Shown in pieces: positions 38,070-47,899 of a stretch of 64,000 nucleotides of DNA (the stretch's first letter is position 1; every line of letters starts with the position of its first letter). The position numbers were made by a program, and so were the translations under genes. Location: assembly GCA_020429915.1 (NCBI GenBank), contig JAGQKV010000020.1:1673-65672 (forward strand), given 5' to 3'. The notes under the pieces are model-generated. The model was not told the DNA's origin. It did not search any database and worked only from the letters and a program-made list of their open reading frames with translations. The stretch comes from Candidatus Omnitrophota bacterium (GTDB lineage: Bacteria > Omnitrophota > Gorgyraeia > Zapsychrales > Zapsychraceae).

Positions 38070-39028
38070 GCCAGGTCACGTGCACCCCGCATCCCGCCGC
38101 AAAGAATGCCGAATGGGACGCGTTCGTCCGCGCCGCCAACAACGGGACTATTTTTCACCGGCAGGATTTTCTGTCTTATCACGGCGAACGGTTCGCGGCC
38201 AACGCCCATCATCTGCGTTTCGAAAAAAACGGCAACCTCGCCGGCGTTCTGCCGCTCGGCATCTTTGAAGAGGACGGGGGGCGTATCGCCAAGTCGCCGT
38301 TTGGCGCGAGTTTCGGCGGACTGGTGACCCAGCTGGATTGTTCGTTGAGCGACATGGGTCGGATGGTGGAGGTGCTTCTGGCGCATTTGCGCGAGAACGG
38401 AGTCCGGTATCTCAAGATCGTGCAGCCGCCGTTATTTTATTTTGAACGGTTTATCGACTATTTTGACTTTTATCTGGTCAAAAACGGCGCGCGGCTGGCC
38501 GCGTCCGATCTGACCTCCTATATTCCGACGGGACCGCAGCCTATCGATTTGTTTTTACCCCGGGCGCGGCGGGACACGCAAAAGGCGCTCGACGCAGGGC
38601 TGGAGTTCGCACCCAGCGGGGACGTGAACGGGTTTTACGAAATCCTGATGGAAAATATGCGCAAGTTCAACGGAACCCCGACGCATTCCCGCGAAGAGGT
38701 CGCGTGGCTGACGGAGCGGCTGACCGACGAAATCAAGATTTATCAGGTGACGCACGACGGGACGCCGGTGGCCGCGACGCTGATCTTCGAAGTCAATCCG
38801 CGGGCGTGGCTGGTCTTTTACTGGGCGCAGCGGCAGGAGGCCACACAGCTGCACCCGAAGAATTATCTGATCGTCAGGCTGGCGCAGCTCGCGCATGAGC
38901 GCGGCGTGAAGTATATCGACTTCGGACCGCACACCTTGAATATGGAGCCCTTCGACGGTGTCACCATGTTCAAGGAAAGTCTCGGCGGGCTGGGTCTGCT
39001 GCGCCGGGCGTACCAATTGGAGCTTTAG
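38066..39028 (+). CDS. FemAB-like/GNAT (BioF2-like) N-acyltransferase
   Basis: Two GNAT-like halves as in Fem/acetyltransf_6 proteins. Translationally coupled to the upstream gene. Confidence 0.55.
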   Translation: MSQVTCTPHPAAKNAEWDAFVRAANNGTIFHRQDFLSYHGERFAANAHHLRFEKNGNLAGVLPLGIFEEDGGRIAKSPFGASFGGLVTQLDCSLSDMGRMVEVLLAHLRENGVRYLKIVQPPLFYFERFIDYFDFYLVKNGARLAASDLTSYIPTGPQPIDLFLPRARRDTQKALDAGLEFAPSGDVNGFYEILMENMRKFNGTPTHSREEVAWLTERLTDEIKIYQVTHDGTPVAATLIFEVNPRAWLVFYWAQRQEATQLHPKNYLIVRLAQLAHERGVKYIDFGPHTLNMEPFDGVTMFKESLGGLGLLRRAYQLEL

Positions 39029-39916
39029 ATGATGACGGCGGGACAATTCCATCTTTCATTCTTACCGTGTGAATATCCGCGGGGGGATGCGGTTAATCCG
39101 GCGTGTTCCAAGGAACAGATCGAGGCGCAGTTCCGGGCATATTTCGACCGTCCGTGGGCCGTGTTGACGTTCAACGGCCGCGGCGCCCTGGACGCCGTGA
39201 TGCGGTCCCTGAAGCTCGAACGCGACGATGAGGTCTTTGTCACGACGACATTCGACTATCCCAACGTCTCCAGTTGCGTCACCTCCACCATCTTCAATCA
39301 CTGTAAACCGGCCCGGCTGCTTTCCGAGAAGAGTAAAGCCATTGTGGTCATCCACGAATTCGGCGTGCCGCACAAGGGCACACCGCAACTGAGGGAACTG
39401 GCCGACCAGCGCGGGATCCCGTTGATCGAGGACTGCGCCCACACTATCGATTCGCGCCGCGACGATTGGCAGGTGGGCTATTTCGGTGATTTCGTGATCG
39501 TCAGTTTCAGCAAGGTCTTTCCCGTGCCCGGAGGCGGAATGCTGTTGGGCAAGGCCGTTCCCTGCGAGCTGACCGATCGCGAATTGCAGAGTGCCATCCC
39601 GCTCCTGCCGGCCGCTGCCGCCGCGTTGGCGGACTGGCCCGCGCAGGCGCACCGCCGGCGCGCAGTCTTTCGGTCGTATGCCGCGTCCGGGCTGCCGGCC
39701 CTTTTTGAAGCCGACGAAAACGTGACGCCGTGGTTCTATCCGCTGGAGACGCCGTATTGGGAGGATATTATGGCCGCCGCCGCCCAACAGGGCATCGATT
39801 GCGGCCGCTGGCACGGGACCGATATTGTCGTATTGCCCTGTCACCAGTATCTCTGTGATGCCGACGTCGACCGGATCTCCGCGATGGTGACCGGTGTCTT
39901 CGCCGCCCGCGCGTAA
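39029..39916 (+). CDS. Short DegT-like PLP-dependent aminotransferase/dehydratase
   Basis: PLP lysine motif VIVSFSKVFPVPGGG. 295 aa. Confidence 0.55.
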   Translation: MMTAGQFHLSFLPCEYPRGDAVNPACSKEQIEAQFRAYFDRPWAVLTFNGRGALDAVMRSLKLERDDEVFVTTTFDYPNVSSCVTSTIFNHCKPARLLSEKSKAIVVIHEFGVPHKGTPQLRELADQRGIPLIEDCAHTIDSRRDDWQVGYFGDFVIVSFSKVFPVPGGGMLLGKAVPCELTDRELQSAIPLLPAAAAALADWPAQAHRRRAVFRSYAASGLPALFEADENVTPWFYPLETPYWEDIMAAAAQQGIDCGRWHGTDIVVLPCHQYLCDADVDRISAMVTGVFAARA

Positions 39917-40041
39917 AACCGGCCCGCGACGCGAGGGTTGACCTCGGCCCCGGATCGTGCTAAAAATCCTTTACCCCGCAGACCTCCGCGTCCTGTGACG
40001 CGGTCCCTGAGAATCCGATACCCAACTATTAAAGGAGCATT

Positions 40042-40362
40042 ATGGCCACCATACAGGATTTTATGAATTTGGAATTGAAGGTCGCCCGGATCATAGAGGC
40101 GAAGGAGCATCCCAACGCCGATCGTTTGTTTGTACTGAAAATCGATCTCGGCTCGGAAGAGCGCCAACTGGTCGCCGGCATCCGTTCCTCTTACCAGGCT
40201 GAAGAACTCGTCGGCAAGAAGATTGTGGTGATCGCGAACTTGGAGCCCGCCACCATCCGCGGCGAGGAGTCGCAGGGTATGCTCTTGGCCGCGTCCGGCG
40301 AGAACGGTCCGGTTCTGCTCGCGCCGGAGAAAGACGTGCCGCTGGGCAGTCAGGTGAAATAA
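40042..40362 (+). CDS. csaA: tRNA-binding protein CsaA/YgjH (OB-fold)
   Basis: KVARIIEAKEHPNADRLFVLKIDLG is the Myf/EMAP-II-like tRNA-binding signature. Confidence 0.8.
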   Translation: MATIQDFMNLELKVARIIEAKEHPNADRLFVLKIDLGSEERQLVAGIRSSYQAEELVGKKIVVIANLEPATIRGEESQGMLLAASGENGPVLLAPEKDVPLGSQVK

Positions 40363-40363
40363 C

Positions 40364-40780
40364 ATGGCGGTCGTTTCCCGGACGCTTAAGCTCTCCACCC
40401 GCGGCCACGCCGAGGTGGTGGATATCACACACGATGTGGCAGCCGCCCTGGGGGAGCTGGAAATCCGCGACGGTATCGTGAACGTCAGTTGTGTCGGCTC
40501 CACCGGAGCGGTCACGACGGTCGAATATGAGCCGGGCCTGTGCCAGGATATCAAGGACATCCTTGACAAGCTCATACCGGCCGGGCATTACCACCATGAT
40601 CAGGCTTGGGGTGACGGCAACGGCCACTCGCATCTGCGCGCCTCGCTGATCGGCCCTTCCTTGACGCTGCCGTTCAATAACCGTAAAATGATCCTCGGCA
40701 CCTGGCAGCAAATCATTTTCATTGATCTGGACAACAAGCCGCGGCAACGGCAGATCGTGCTGCAGTTCCTCGGCGAATAA
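40364..40780 (+). CDS. yjbQ: YjbQ/UPF0047-family protein (secondary thiamine-phosphate synthase-like)
   Basis: 138 aa. HHDQAWGDGNGHSHLRASLIGPS conserved block. Confidence 0.8.
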   Translation: MAVVSRTLKLSTRGHAEVVDITHDVAAALGELEIRDGIVNVSCVGSTGAVTTVEYEPGLCQDIKDILDKLIPAGHYHHDQAWGDGNGHSHLRASLIGPSLTLPFNNRKMILGTWQQIIFIDLDNKPRQRQIVLQFLGE

Positions 40781-40792
40781 TCCCGCCAATCC

Positions 40793-42199
40793 ATGACTAA
40801 CTACATCAGTCACACATGTGAATTTGCCCGCGATCCCAACGTGCTGCTGCAGGCCTTTGCCGGCGAGCCGTTTTGCTATTTGTTGGACAGCAGCCTGCAC
40901 GATCCGCAGCGTGGCCGATATTCCTTCTTCGGCTGCGATCCGTTTGAGGTGTACCGGCACAAGGCGCGGACGGACCTGGACGGGCTGCGCGCCGCGTTCG
41001 CGCGTTACCGGTTCTGTGATGACACCGGGACCGTTTTTCCCGCGGGGATTGTCGGTTATCTTGCTTATGATCACGGTCTTTATCAGGAACGGATCAGGTT
41101 TTGTTCCATCGATGACCTCGGGCTGCCCGACTGCCTCTTCGCTTTTTATGATGTGGGGGCGGTGATCGATCATACAACCGGCTCCGTGACGGTATACAGC
41201 ACTGGTTATCCCGAAACGGATCCGGACCGGCGCGCGCGGCGGGCGCGGGAACGTCTGGCATGGATGAAAGACCGGCTCGGCAAGACGGCCAACCTGTCGA
41301 CCGATGGACCCGGGTCGTCGACGCTGCCGGCGGCGGACGAGCCGGCGTGGACGGGCAATTTCACGCGGGACGAGTACGAGCGCGCGGTGGGGCGAGCGCT
41401 GGAATACATCGCCGCCGGGGACATCTACCAGGTCAACCTGTCGCAACGCTTTTCGCTGGATCACGGCGGAGATGCCCGTCCGCAGGACGTGTACGCCATG
41501 CTGCGGCGGTATTCGCCGTCGCATTTCGGGGCCTACTTCGATGTCGGTGATTTTCAGATTATCAGCAGTTCCCCGGAACGTTATTTGTGTTTGCGCGGCC
41601 GCGACGTGTTGACCCAGCCTATGAAGGGCACCCGTCCGCGCGGCGCCGACCCGCAGGAAGACCGCCGCCTGCGCGATGAAATCATCTGTTCGGGAAAAGA
41701 CCGGTCGGAGTTGCTGATGATTACCGATCTGGAGCGCAATGATCTGGGGCGCGTGTGTCAATTCGGATCGGTCAAGGTGTTGCAGCAGCGGGTGATTGAG
41801 GAGTACGCGACGGTCTTTCAGGCGGTGTCGACGATAGCGGGTAAGGTACGGGAAGATTGCGACGGTTTTGACGTGCTGCGCGCGTGTTTTCCCGGCGGCT
41901 CGATTACCGGATGTCCGAAGATCCGGGCGATGCAGATCATCGAGGAACTGGAACCCACGCGGCGGTCGGTGTACACCGGGGCGCTGGGATACATCAGTTA
42001 CAACGGCAATATGGACTTCAATATCCTGATCCGCACGATCTTGGCCGACGGGCAAAACTATCATGTTCAGGTCGGCGGCGGGATCGTGGCGGAGTCCACG
42101 CCGGCCGCGGAGTATCAGGAGACACTGGTCAAGGCCAGGGCGATGCGGGCCTGTCTGGCCGCTTTGCGCACCGCGCCGGCGCCGGAAGGAGGGCGGTGA
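40793..42199 (+). CDS. pabB: Aminodeoxychorismate synthase component I / anthranilate synthase-like chorismate-binding enzyme
   Basis: Chorismate-binding C-terminal domain motifs (GGSITGCPKIRAMQIIEELE, YTGALGYI). Confidence 0.8.
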   Translation: MTNYISHTCEFARDPNVLLQAFAGEPFCYLLDSSLHDPQRGRYSFFGCDPFEVYRHKARTDLDGLRAAFARYRFCDDTGTVFPAGIVGYLAYDHGLYQERIRFCSIDDLGLPDCLFAFYDVGAVIDHTTGSVTVYSTGYPETDPDRRARRARERLAWMKDRLGKTANLSTDGPGSSTLPAADEPAWTGNFTRDEYERAVGRALEYIAAGDIYQVNLSQRFSLDHGGDARPQDVYAMLRRYSPSHFGAYFDVGDFQIISSSPERYLCLRGRDVLTQPMKGTRPRGADPQEDRRLRDEIICSGKDRSELLMITDLERNDLGRVCQFGSVKVLQQRVIEEYATVFQAVSTIAGKVREDCDGFDVLRACFPGGSITGCPKIRAMQIIEELEPTRRSVYTGALGYISYNGNMDFNILIRTILADGQNYHVQVGGGIVAESTPAAEYQETLVKARAMRACLAALRTAPAPEGGR

Positions 42200-43035
42200 T
42201 GGGCAAGCGGACCGCCGGGCCGGTGATCTACTTTAACGGTGAATGGCTGGAGGCGAACGACACGCTTCTGGAGGCCCTCAAACCCGGCCGGCTGCGGGGA
42301 CAGGGGGTCTTTGAAACCGTGGCGGTGACCGGCGGCGCGCTGTGTTTTTGGCCGGAGCACCACGCGCGGTTCACGCGCGGTCTGAAGGCCTACGGTTTAC
42401 GCTGCCGTTTCGGACGGCGCGCCCTGCAGGACCTCGCCGCAGAACTGATCGCCCGTAACCGTTTGACTTCCGCCCGGCTGCGGGTCGCCCGCTACCGGGA
42501 TATGAAGGAAGATTACCTGGTCCTCGTCGGGACACCGACGCACACCGATCCGGTCGCGGGTCCGGCCTTGTCCGTGCACGTGTCCCGCCACCGCCGGAGC
42601 AAGGATCGTTACTCTCATCTGAAGTCGGTGACCTACCAGCCGTTTTATCACGCTCACCAGGAGGCCCTGGCCCTCGGTCGTCACGAGGCGTTGCTGCTTG
42701 ACCGCGGCGGCCGGATTGTGGAAGGCTCGACCACCAACGTTTTTTTCGTGGCGGCCGGTGAGCTGCACACCCCGGCCACGGCCGTCGGTTGTCTCAACGG
42801 GATTGTCCGGCAGCAGGTCATCAAGCTCGCATCCCAAATCGAATTGCGGGTCAGGCGTGGCGCCTACCCGTTGTCCTGTTTGCTGAAGGCCGACGAGGTC
42901 TTCCTCACCAATTCCCTGATCGGTATCCGACCCGTGGCCAAGGTCGACGGTCACCGCCTCAAATCGCAACAGGTGTGGACGCCGCGCCTGAGCGATGCGT
43001 ACCGGCGGTTGCTGAACGGGCCGAATTCCCGATAA
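42199..43035 (+). CDS. pabC: Aminodeoxychorismate lyase / class IV aminotransferase
   Basis: Start overlaps the pabB stop (ATGA). Fold-type IV motifs (EGSTTNVFFV). The ORF-track 5' extension into pabB was rejected. Confidence 0.65.
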   Translation: MGKRTAGPVIYFNGEWLEANDTLLEALKPGRLRGQGVFETVAVTGGALCFWPEHHARFTRGLKAYGLRCRFGRRALQDLAAELIARNRLTSARLRVARYRDMKEDYLVLVGTPTHTDPVAGPALSVHVSRHRRSKDRYSHLKSVTYQPFYHAHQEALALGRHEALLLDRGGRIVEGSTTNVFFVAAGELHTPATAVGCLNGIVRQQVIKLASQIELRVRRGAYPLSCLLKADEVFLTNSLIGIRPVAKVDGHRLKSQQVWTPRLSDAYRRLLNGPNSR

Positions 43036-43069
43036 ATCCGAGTTAACGATTGCGGCCCCTGCGGACGCT

Positions 43070-44080
43070 TTGTATAATGAACGCATGTTGAGACGTCATG
43101 CCTTAATTTTCTTCTTGATCGCCGGACTGTCGATTCTCGACGGGAAATCGGTTGTTTTGGCCCAGGGGTTGGACGAACCCGATGTCTGGTTGCAGCCCCG
43201 CCAGAGCCGCTACGATTCCATGCTCGCCGTCAAAGAAGAGATCACCCGGCTGATCGTCGAAAACCAGGAACTCGAGGAGCGCTATTCCCGGCTTAAGGAA
43301 CAATGGCAGATGCTCAAGGAACAGGGCGATCTGCCCGGCCGCTCGATGACCCTGCCCGCTCAGCCGGCCGCTTCCCGCCAGGCCGTCCGCAGTTCCGTGA
43401 TCAACCCCGAGTCCGTCCGCCGCGCCGCCCGGCCGATGCTGCCGGCCCCGGGACAGAACCGTTTCGTGAGCGGCGAACTGATGGACTATAATGAGTCCCT
43501 GACGCTGCTCGAACTTTACCTGGCCGATCTGCGTTACCAGCGGCGCGAGATCGAACTGGAATTGAAGTTACGCGAGGTGGAACGCCAGGACCGGGAACGG
43601 TCCCGTCAGCTGGGGGAAGAGCGGGCCAAGAATGAACTTCAAAGCAGCCTGCTGGAAGAGCACCGGCTCATGCAAACCATTGAGCGCAAACACGCGGAGG
43701 TGGACAAGGCGCCCCAGGCCATTCCCGGACTGCTGAAGGAAAACCGGATTCTGGAGCTGGAACTCCCGGCCCTGCAAAAACAAGTGGAGATTAAACAGCG
43801 GGAGGTCTCCATCCTCAAGGACCGGATGGCGCTGAAGGAGAAGGCGTCGGCCCCGGTCCTGTCCAAGACCCGCAAACGGAAAGAGGCCTTGCAGGCCTAT
43901 GTCACCGAACTCAACGGAAAGTACGAGAATCTCTCCACCACCGTCAATACCTCCCTGCGCCGGCAGGAGCGCCGCCAGCAGCTGATCCGCGACATCATCG
44001 ATTTCGACAAGGAAAATCAGCAGCTGCAGCGCCAAATCGAGGAATTGACCGACAAAATCCACTACCACGGCCAGTACTAA
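43070..44080 (+). CDS. Secreted coiled-coil protein
   Basis: Signal peptide. Long heptad-repeat segments rich in E/Q/R/L. Confidence 0.45.
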   Translation: MYNERMLRRHALIFFLIAGLSILDGKSVVLAQGLDEPDVWLQPRQSRYDSMLAVKEEITRLIVENQELEERYSRLKEQWQMLKEQGDLPGRSMTLPAQPAASRQAVRSSVINPESVRRAARPMLPAPGQNRFVSGELMDYNESLTLLELYLADLRYQRREIELELKLREVERQDRERSRQLGEERAKNELQSSLLEEHRLMQTIERKHAEVDKAPQAIPGLLKENRILELELPALQKQVEIKQREVSILKDRMALKEKASAPVLSKTRKRKEALQAYVTELNGKYENLSTTVNTSLRRQERRQQLIRDIIDFDKENQQLQRQIEELTDKIHYHGQY

Positions 44081-44233
44081 AAACCCGGTCGAGCGGTCTG
44101 AGATCCGGGTTCCGTTCCCCGCAGGATCATCTTAAGAATTGGCATTTTCGGGCGGCGTGTTATAATATCTACCTTATAACCCAAGCTTTTAGGGACCATT
44201 CCCTTTTGACACGCTCAACCAGGAGTTTATGGT

Positions 44234-44719
44234 ATGGAAGAGATTCTGGAGATCCTGTCCAAGGACGCGCGCACCACGCCGGCGGAAATCGCCAAAATGG
44301 TCGGCAAGAGCGAAAGCGCCGTGAAAACCGCTATCCGCAAATTCGAGAAGAACGGGACCATTGTCCGCTACAAGACCGTGATCGACAGCACCAAGGTCAA
44401 GGAAGCCAAGAACAAGGTGCGGGCGCTCATTGAGGTCAGCGTGTCGCCGCAGAAAAACGTGGGATTCGACAATGTGGCCGAACGGATCTACAGTTTTCCG
44501 GAGGTCACCAGCTGCTACCTGCTCTCCGGGGCGTACGACCTGCTGGTGATCGTGGAAGGTGAGGACCTGCAGACCGTCAGTAATTTCGTGGCCGCGAAAC
44601 TGTCCTCGATGGAGGCGGTGCGCAGCACGACCACCCATTTTCTGCTGAAGAAGTACAAGGAAGACGGGTATATTCTCGAGAAAAAATCCAAAGTTAAGCG
44701 CCTCAACATTTCATACTAA
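44234..44719 (+). CDS. Lrp/AsnC-family transcriptional regulator
   Basis: N-terminal HTH ILEILSKDARTTPAEIAKMVGKSESAVKTAIRKFE. C-terminal RAM domain. Confidence 0.85.
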   Translation: MEEILEILSKDARTTPAEIAKMVGKSESAVKTAIRKFEKNGTIVRYKTVIDSTKVKEAKNKVRALIEVSVSPQKNVGFDNVAERIYSFPEVTSCYLLSGAYDLLVIVEGEDLQTVSNFVAAKLSSMEAVRSTTTHFLLKKYKEDGYILEKKSKVKRLNISY

Positions 44720-44736
44720 GGAAGGCGTCAGCCGTT

Positions 44737-45900
44737 ATGGACTATCAAATATCTAAAGTCGTGAAAGGCCTGGCCCCGTCGGGAATCCGGGCATTCTTTG
44801 ACCTGGTTTTGGGGATGAAGGACGTGATCTCCCTGGGGGTGGGCGAACCGGACTTCATGACGCCGTGGCATGTGCGGGAAGAGGCGATCCATTCACTGGA
44901 AAAGGGATACACGTCCTATACCTCCAACAAGGGGATGCCGGAACTGCGCAAGACGATCACCCAGTTTTTGCACAAGCGCTACGGACTCAACTACAATTTT
45001 GACGACGAGGTGCTGATCACCGTGGGGGTGTCCGAAGGCCTCGACCTGGTCATGCGGGCGCTGATCAATCCGGGCGACAAGGTCCTGATCCATCAGCCCT
45101 GCTACGTGTCCTACGCGCCGACTGTGCAACTGGCCGGCGGGACGCCGGTGCTGATCGATACGAACGCGTCCACGGATTTCAAGCTGACGCCGCAGGCCCT
45201 GGAGAAGGCGTGCGTCAAGGGCTGCAAGATTCTGATGCTCAATTATCCGTGTAACCCGACCGGCGCGTCTTATTCGAAGAAGGAACTCAATGCCCTGGCG
45301 CAGGTGATCAAAAAGAAAGACCTGATCGTCGTCAGCGACGAGGTCTACGACGAACTGACCTACGATTTCGACCACACCCCGCTGGCCACGCTGCCGGGGA
45401 TGCGCGACCGGGTGGTCTACATGAACGGATTCTCCAAGGCTTACGCGATGACCGGATTCCGCATCGCCTGGGCCAGCGGGCCGGCCGAGATCATCGCGGC
45501 GATGACCAAGATCCATCAGTACACAATGTTGTGCGCGTCGATTACCGGCCAGATCGCCGCTATCGAGGCGCTGAAGCACGGACAGAAACCGGTGCAGGAC
45601 ATGAAGCGGGAGTACAATCGCCGCCGCCGGTTTGTCGTCGAAGGTCTCAACGAACTCGGGCTGACCTGCCACATGCCCCAGGGCGCGTTTTATGTCTTCC
45701 CGTCCATTCAAAAGACCGGAATGTCGTCGATGGACTTTGCCCAGAATTTACTTCACGAACAAAAAGTGGCGCTCGTGCCGGGCATCGCCTTCGGGACCAA
45801 TGCCGAAGGCTTTGTGCGGATCTCGTACGCGTCCAGCTATGAAAACCTGAAGGAAGCCCTGGAGCGTATCGCGAAATTTGTGAAGAGAGATGAAGCGTGA
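44737..45900 (+). CDS. Class I/II PLP aminotransferase (aspartate aminotransferase-like)
   Basis: PLP-lysine motif NGFSKAYAMTGFRIAW. Confidence 0.85.
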   Translation: MDYQISKVVKGLAPSGIRAFFDLVLGMKDVISLGVGEPDFMTPWHVREEAIHSLEKGYTSYTSNKGMPELRKTITQFLHKRYGLNYNFDDEVLITVGVSEGLDLVMRALINPGDKVLIHQPCYVSYAPTVQLAGGTPVLIDTNASTDFKLTPQALEKACVKGCKILMLNYPCNPTGASYSKKELNALAQVIKKKDLIVVSDEVYDELTYDFDHTPLATLPGMRDRVVYMNGFSKAYAMTGFRIAWASGPAEIIAAMTKIHQYTMLCASITGQIAAIEALKHGQKPVQDMKREYNRRRRFVVEGLNELGLTCHMPQGAFYVFPSIQKTGMSSMDFAQNLLHEQKVALVPGIAFGTNAEGFVRISYASSYENLKEALERIAKFVKRDEA

Positions 45901-46292
45901 ATCGTGTGAACCGAAAAATGTCCAGTACCGATCGTTTTGAGATCGATTTCTTCGAGGGGGTCCTCGACAAGGACCCGTCCTTTTACGAAGTGATGATCGT
46001 GCTGGGCGATCTGTACACCAAGGTCGGCCGTTTCGAAGACGGGCTGGCCATCGATGAAAAGCTTTACCAGCTCAATCCGGAAAATCCCGAGATCCTCTAT
46101 AACCTGGCCTGCAGTTATTCGTTGATGAACCAGGTGGACCTGTCCTACCGGACGATCAAGAAGGCCATCGCCCACGGTTACGCGGATTTGGACCATTTGG
46201 AGAACGACGGTGATCTGGAGAATCTGCGTAGAGACCGGCGCTTTCAGCGTTTCTTCGCGAATCTGGTGAAGCGGAGCCGGCCTCAATCATAA
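45897..46292 (+). CDS. Small TPR-repeat protein
   Basis: TPR motifs (YEVMIVLGDLYTKVGRFEDGLAIDEKLYQLNPENPEILYNLACSY). Confidence 0.45.
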   Translation: MNRVNRKMSSTDRFEIDFFEGVLDKDPSFYEVMIVLGDLYTKVGRFEDGLAIDEKLYQLNPENPEILYNLACSYSLMNQVDLSYRTIKKAIAHGYADLDHLENDGDLENLRRDRRFQRFFANLVKRSRPQS

Positions 46293-46295
46293 TCC

Positions 46296-47420
46296 ATGTC
46301 GACACACACCGACCCGCAAAAATATCACGGTATGAAGTATCGGATATATTTTGCGGGTCTTTTTTTGGATGCGGTCCTGCTGGCGGTCCTGCTCTTCGGC
46401 GGCCTCAGTTTGGCGCTGCGGGATTACGCGACCGGGATGATCGCCCATCCCTGGGGGGCGGGGGCGCTGTACATTCTGCTTCTCGCTGCGCTTTTCTCCG
46501 TCTTGCACTTTCCGCTGCGCGTTTTCCTCGGATACTATTGGGAGCATTTGTTCGGACTGTCGAAGCAAAGCTTTTCGCAGTGGCTTACCGATGAACTGAA
46601 GAAAGGGGTCTTGAGCCTGGGATTGTCGCTGGTCCTGGCGGCCGTGATGTACTCCCTCCTGGAGCACGCCGCCCAGACGTGGTGGATCTACACCGGTTTG
46701 TTCTGGTTCGCGCTGAGCTTCGTGTTGGCCAAACTGACCCCCACCGTGATCGTCCCGCTGTTTTACAAATACAAGGATATCGAGGACAGCGACCTGCGGG
46801 CGCGGATCAAAAAGCTGTTTGCCGACGCCCGGGTCAAACTGGGGGAGGTCTACGCGATCGATTTCTCCCGCAAGACAGTTAAAGCCAATGCCTTTATTTG
46901 TGGGTTGGGCGGCTCCCGGCGTGTGGTCCTCAGCGACACCCTGATCGACAATTACAGCGGGCCGGAGATCGCTACCGTGGTCGCCCATGAGTTGGGGCAC
47001 CACTGCCACCGCGACATTCTCAAGATGATGGCCATAAATTCGGTTTTGATCTTTTCGGGATTGTATATCATTGATAGAATCTTAACGCATGCCGTTTCTT
47101 ACTTCGGTCTCAACGGGATCGCGGATATCGCCGGATTGCCGCTGTTGATGCTGGTCTTTTCGGTGTATTCCCTGTTCCTCACGCCGCTATTGAACGCGGT
47201 GAGTTGCCGCATGGAAACGGCTGCCGACCGCTACAGCCTGGAGCGGACCGGGGACCCGCGGGCCTTCATCTCCGTGATGGAAAAGCTGGGGCGACAAAAT
47301 CTGGCCGAATTCAGGCCCGACAAATGGATTGAATGTTTTTTTTACGATCATCCCCCGCTCGCCAGGCGGATCGCCTTTGCACGCGAGTACCGGCCGGAAG
47401 GGGGGGAAGGAATAACATGA
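46296..47420 (+). CDS. M48-family (HtpX/Ste24-like) zinc metallopeptidase, membrane-bound
   Basis: HExxH as VAHELGHHCH. Multiple TM helices. Confidence 0.75.
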   Translation: MSTHTDPQKYHGMKYRIYFAGLFLDAVLLAVLLFGGLSLALRDYATGMIAHPWGAGALYILLLAALFSVLHFPLRVFLGYYWEHLFGLSKQSFSQWLTDELKKGVLSLGLSLVLAAVMYSLLEHAAQTWWIYTGLFWFALSFVLAKLTPTVIVPLFYKYKDIEDSDLRARIKKLFADARVKLGEVYAIDFSRKTVKANAFICGLGGSRRVVLSDTLIDNYSGPEIATVVAHELGHHCHRDILKMMAINSVLIFSGLYIIDRILTHAVSYFGLNGIADIAGLPLLMLVFSVYSLFLTPLLNAVSCRMETAADRYSLERTGDPRAFISVMEKLGRQNLAEFRPDKWIECFFYDHPPLARRIAFAREYRPEGGEGIT

Positions 47421-47887
47421 CGGATATCACGCAAGAAAAACGCAAACTCCTGCGCCTCGCCCACAAGGTGCCGGTCGAATTCCGGGTGCTGGACAATCAA
47501 CAGGTCCTGATCCCCGGGGTGGATCAACAGCGCGGCCAGACGCGCAACGTGAGTACCGGCGGCGCGTGCATCGAGACCGAGGCGCTGAATGAAAGCACCA
47601 TCCGTTATTTGAATCAGCAAAACATCCTGCTGCACGTCTATTTCCATCTGCCTCTGACACATCACCCGGTCCCGGCGGTCGCGCAGATTGCCTGGTACGA
47701 ACGGATCGAGGGGGCGGCCGGCGTCAGTTATGTGCTGGGCCTGCAGTTCCGGTCGATCAAATCCGGCGACGCCGTGGCCCTGCTGCGGCAGTCGGTGCGC
47801 TTCAAAGTCCTGGCCCTGGCCGTGCTGATCCTGACCGGCATTTTCGTGGCCAGCCTGATATATCATTTTCAAATCGCCAAATCCTGA
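47417..47887 (+). CDS. PilZ-domain protein with C-terminal TM helix
   Basis: Start MTDITQEKRKLLRLAHKVPVEFRV (RxxxR-like). Later DxSxGG-like NVSTGGACIE. Confidence 0.55.
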   Translation: MTDITQEKRKLLRLAHKVPVEFRVLDNQQVLIPGVDQQRGQTRNVSTGGACIETEALNESTIRYLNQQNILLHVYFHLPLTHHPVPAVAQIAWYERIEGAAGVSYVLGLQFRSIKSGDAVALLRQSVRFKVLALAVLILTGIFVASLIYHFQIAKS

Positions 47888-47899
47888 GTCCCGCCGTGT

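Noticed and set aside
41884-42198. N-terminal extension of pabC into pabB
   Set aside because: ATG at 42199 overlaps the pabB stop (ATGA coupling). The extension has no homology signal.
47391-47420. Apparent frameshift at the M48 peptidase stop / PilZ start in the G-run
   Set aside because: My hand count of the G-run did not match the ORF-track translation. The coordinates before and after agree with the track, so this is treated as my counting error, not a biological frameshift.
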